Source of the DNA: an uncultured Ignavibacteria bacterium
GTDB taxonomy: Bacteria; Zixibacteria; MSB-5A5; CAIYYT01
Direction of reading: 5' to 3'
Assembly: GCA_964370935.1 (NCBI GenBank)
Contig: CAYJKI010000007.1
Span: 9,167-73,166, forward strand
Length of the DNA stretch: 64,000 nt
Both the position numbers and the translations under genes were made by a program. The notes below the pieces were generated by a model. It was given only the letters and a program-made list of their open reading frames with translations, searched no databases and was not told the DNA's origin. Positions 61,328-64,000 of this stretch are shown here, piece by piece. Position 1 is the first letter of the stretch; each line of letters starts with the position of its first letter.

Positions 61328-62196
61328 AGTTGGCAGGGTACTTAGAAATCAGCGTCAAATGTGATCACACTGCCGAAGACATTGTCACATCGTTTATCAC
61401 AGAATCGTTATCGCAGGGTTTAGTCACCGAAGTTGCTGATGACGGTTTTCGCGTAAAGTTTTACCTTCCAGTAGAAGATGAGTCGCGCGACAAGGTTGAG
61501 TCATTAGGAAAATACCTTGTGCGCTGTGGTGTCGCCAGTGCGGAGACACTCGAGTCGATGATAACAGTTCGTCCGATTGACGATATCGACTGGATCAAGT
61601 CATATCAGCAGTCGCTGGAATCGGTGATCGTAGACAATATCGTTATCAAGTCCACCTGGGACCAGATCAACTACGGCGACAAGCTGCAGATTGTCATCGA
61701 ACCAAAGATGGCCTTCGGCACCGGACATCATGAGACGACGCAAATGTGTATGATGCAGCTTCAGAAGGACGTCAAGCAGGGGGACAAGATGCTTGATTTG
61801 GGCTGCGGCTCCGGAATCTTGAGTATTCTCGCGGCGAAGCTGGGCGCCGGCGCATGTCTCGGTCTCGATATTGATTTGGCGGCGATTGAGAATGCGCAGG
61901 AGAATATTGAGCTGAATAAAGTAGCGGACCGGGTTATTATTCAGTTCGGCTCGATGGAAAAAGTTCATCATGTCGGTTATTATGACATCGTTGTCAGCAA
62001 CCTGATCAAGGATGAGATTTACAATCTTTTTGAGAACTTCATGCGCTGTCTGAAACCGGGCGGCATTCTAATTCTCTCCGGCATCTTGATCGAGCAGGAG
62101 GAAGAATTTGTCAACTTCCTACGGCTCAAAGGCACCAAAGGAAATCAGATCGCTCGCAAGAATGACTGGATCTGCTGCCGTGTCATCAAAGCTTAG
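61324..62196 (+). CDS. prmA: Ribosomal protein L11 methyltransferase
   Basis: GTG start overlapping the dnaJ stop; SAM-binding [12 protein letters not shown] and PrmA-like N-terminus. Confidence 0.88.
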   Translation: MKLAGYLEISVKCDHTAEDIVTSFITESLSQGLVTEVADDGFRVKFYLPVEDESRDKVESLGKYLVRCGVASAETLESMITVRPIDDIDWIKSYQQSLESVIVDNIVIKSTWDQINYGDKLQIVIEPKMAFGTGHHETTQMCMMQLQKDVKQGDKMLDLGCGSGILSILAAKLGAGACLGLDIDLAAIENAQENIELNKVADRVIIQFGSMEKVHHVGYYDIVVSNLIKDEIYNLFENFMRCLKPGGILILSGILIEQEEEFVNFLRLKGTKGNQIARKNDWICCRVIKA

Positions 62197-62914
62197 CAAC
62201 AGCACACATTTTTATTTCGAGCCAGATCAACTGGAAGGGGAGATCTGCACTTTCGGGCGCGAAGAGTCGGATCATATTCTCAAAGTTTTCCGACTGTATA
62301 TCGGCGACATGCTGTTGGCGACGGACGGTTGTGCGAATTTATACAGCATGCAGATTTCTGCCTACGAGAATAAGGTTGTCAAGGCGCGGGTCGTTAAAGT
62401 TTCTCGGCGAATCAATGAGTTACCGTTTGAAGTGACGATAGGATTTGGATTGCCGCAACAGTCGAAGGCGGACCAGATCTTTGACCAGTGCACGCAGCTT
62501 GGAGTGACGGCATTCCTACCGATCATCAGCAAAAATTCCCCCAGCAAATTGACCAAGGAAAAATCGCGCGAACGGATTGAGCGCTGGCGCAAGGTTGTTA
62601 TCAGTTCGATGAAACAGTCACTACGGACGGTGCTGCCGGACATTTCGGAGCCGGTGGATATTGAAGACGCCGTTGCGCTGTTCGGTATGTTCGATCTGGT
62701 TCTGCTCGGCTCGCTCAAGGGGCCGTCGTTTCAATCTGAAATCACAACGAGTGCAAAGAAGATTCTGCTACTTACGGGACCTGAAGAGGGTTTCAGTCGC
62801 ATAGAGGAAGATACCATGATTCGCGCCGGTGCCAAGCCGGTGTTATTGGGGGACCGGAGACTTCGCGCCGAACTGGCACCGGTGGTATTCGCAGCTTTGG
62901 TGAGTATGCGGTAA
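62162..62914 (+). CDS. rsmE: 16S rRNA (uracil1498-N3)-methyltransferase RsmE-like
   Basis: RsmE N-terminal PUA-like pattern (HFYFEPDQLEG…EESDHILKVFRLYIGD) and C-terminal SPOUT fold. The start is uncertain (ATG 62162 overlapping prmA, or GTG 62180); the ORF-track start is 62108. Confidence 0.7.
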   Translation: MTGSAAVSSKLSNSTHFYFEPDQLEGEICTFGREESDHILKVFRLYIGDMLLATDGCANLYSMQISAYENKVVKARVVKVSRRINELPFEVTIGFGLPQQSKADQIFDQCTQLGVTAFLPIISKNSPSKLTKEKSRERIERWRKVVISSMKQSLRTVLPDISEPVDIEDAVALFGMFDLVLLGSLKGPSFQSEITTSAKKILLLTGPEEGFSRIEEDTMIRAGAKPVLLGDRRLRAELAPVVFAALVSMR

Positions 62915-62972
62915 TTCCGTCAAAGCGGTTCCAGCCCCGTCGCGTTACTCCCACTCGTGTCATTGTCATTAT

Positions 62973-63056
62973 AATCCCTGAAACCATACGAAAACGTGCG
63001 AGAGCGCCTCTCCAGCGCTCGAATATTTTGAAGGCAACTCATGTTTTCAGGGATTC
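62973..63056. other. Long-range 11-bp perfect inverted repeat (aatccctgaaa…tttcagggatt) enclosing a nested hairpin; candidate structured RNA or regulatory element
   Basis: aatccctgaaa (62973-62983) and tttcagggatt (63046-63056) enclose a gagcgc…gcgctc hairpin, ~100 bp upstream of the 63156 start codon. Confidence 0.35.
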
Positions 63057-63155
63057 GAGACCGGCAAGCGGCAAAGTATTGCTTGCAAACGTCGGCAAAT
63101 ATGTCTAAGTTAACGTAATAACACTTGCATCAAAACCTTAATAGGAGATCCACTT

Positions 63156-64000
63156 ATGAACCGGAGCTTCTGTCTTTTAGCCTTGATTGTCGCTTTGTTG
63201 ACAACGGCATCCCTCTTCTCCGCAGTTCCACAGTTGATAACTCATCAAGGATATTTGACAACACCCTCCGGCGACCCTGTCGCTGATGGCCCATATCAAA
63301 TGAGATTCCGAATCCTGGGAGACAGTATAAGTGCTTCGGCGCCTCAATATTGGGACAGCGGGATACGAACCGTGCAGGTTACCAATGGTCAGTTTACCTA
63401 CGTGTTAGGGCGGGATGTTCCATTTCCTGAATATCTCTTCGTGGCTTATCCGGATCTTTGGCTGGGAATTGCTATCGGCTCAGATGCGGAAATCGTACCG
63501 CGTACGCGACTGACAGCAACGCCTTATGCACTGCAGTCCGAGAATGCTGACGGAGTTACGGATCATTCGATTACCAATATCGACATCAGCAACGATGCTT
63601 ACATCGCCGTACATAAAATCAACGGCACCGCGGCCACGCTAGCTGCGACGCAGACATTTACTGGTTATAACATATTCAGCGGCGGTGTCATCGTTGGAGA
63701 CAGCACTTTCAAGGCCAATGCTGACGGCATCACGATCGGTGAACCGGGATATCCCCAACCCCACATCCTCCTCGACATGAGGCGTGGATATCGTACCACG
63801 GATTGGCGAAATGGAATTGTGCTGGTACTTGACAACGAGTTCGGCGGTGGTCTTAGAGGAGCAGATATTCATGTCACTACGAGACAGGTAACACCAAGCA
63901 ACACTCCGGTCACAGCTGTGGAAAGTAATTGCACCAGCAATAACAGTTGGCGTTACGGTCTCTGGGGTTTTGGAGAGGCATTCACACCTGCGATTACTAC
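63156..64000 (+). CDS. Secreted hypothetical protein, N-terminal fragment; paralog of the 45573-47057 ORF (runs off the window)
   Basis: AGGAGA RBS then ATG 63156. The signal peptide MNRSFCLLALIVALLTTASLFSA is followed by …ITHQGYLTTPSGDPVADGPYQMRFRI…LWLGIAIG…, aligning with the N-terminal module of the 45573 ORF. No stop codon occurs before the window end. Confidence 0.7.
   Translation, partial: MNRSFCLLALIVALLTTASLFSAVPQLITHQGYLTTPSGDPVADGPYQMRFRILGDSISASAPQYWDSGIRTVQVTNGQFTYVLGRDVPFPEYLFVAYPDLWLGIAIGSDAEIVPRTRLTATPYALQSENADGVTDHSITNIDISNDAYIAVHKINGTAATLAATQTFTGYNIFSGGVIVGDSTFKANADGITIGEPGYPQPHILLDMRRGYRTTDWRNGIVLVLDNEFGGGLRGADIHVTTRQVTPSNTPVTAVESNCTSNNSWRYGLWGFGEAFTPAIT

Noticed and set aside
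62964-62976. Promoter-like TTGTCA…TATAAT upstream of the 63156 gene
   Set aside because: The two hexamers are separated by only 1 nt, so they cannot function as a -35/-10 pair.

Overview
The first ~24.7 kb is a conserved bacterial core block on the + strand: the rpoB 3' end, rpoC, the str operon (rpsL-rpsG-fusA-tuf), then the S10, spc and alpha ribosomal-protein operons contiguously through rplQ. The rest of the window carries housekeeping genes interleaved with an accessory-looking stretch. Housekeeping genes include plsY-gpsA, tRNA-Pro(GGG), glyA, nrdR, tatC, a ferredoxin / archease / rtcB cassette, proS, and a CIRCE-regulated hrcA-grpE-dnaK-dnaJ operon followed by prmA and rsmE. The accessory-looking stretch (~41-56 kb, plus a paralog starting at 63.1 kb) is rich in secreted proteins: dockerin-like C-terminal modules, Gly/Tyr-rich proteins, an M14 carboxypeptidase and an orphan histidine kinase.

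The most notable observations are:
- adk and map are fused in-frame across an A10 homopolymer, one A away from a classic ATGA-overlapped gene pair.
- A mosaic palindromic repeat family and a second short GC-rich hairpin repeat each occur twice in intergenic DNA.
- Ribosomal proteins S3 (RGG/Gly-rich tail), L22, L17 and L29 carry lineage-specific low-complexity C-terminal extensions.
- An archease-RtcB RNA-repair module sits with a ferredoxin and a small LapA-domain membrane protein, without rtcA or rtcR.
- A three-gene lipoprotein / DUF4384-PEGA / Lys-rich secreted protein set may form an envelope module.

No CRISPR array, rRNA gene or mobile element was seen. Gene content, frequent GTG/TTG starts and the dockerin-like domains suggest an uncultivated lineage, possibly a metagenome-assembled genome; phylum assignment is not attempted. 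All calls rest on reading the translated ORFs and motifs, with no database searches.
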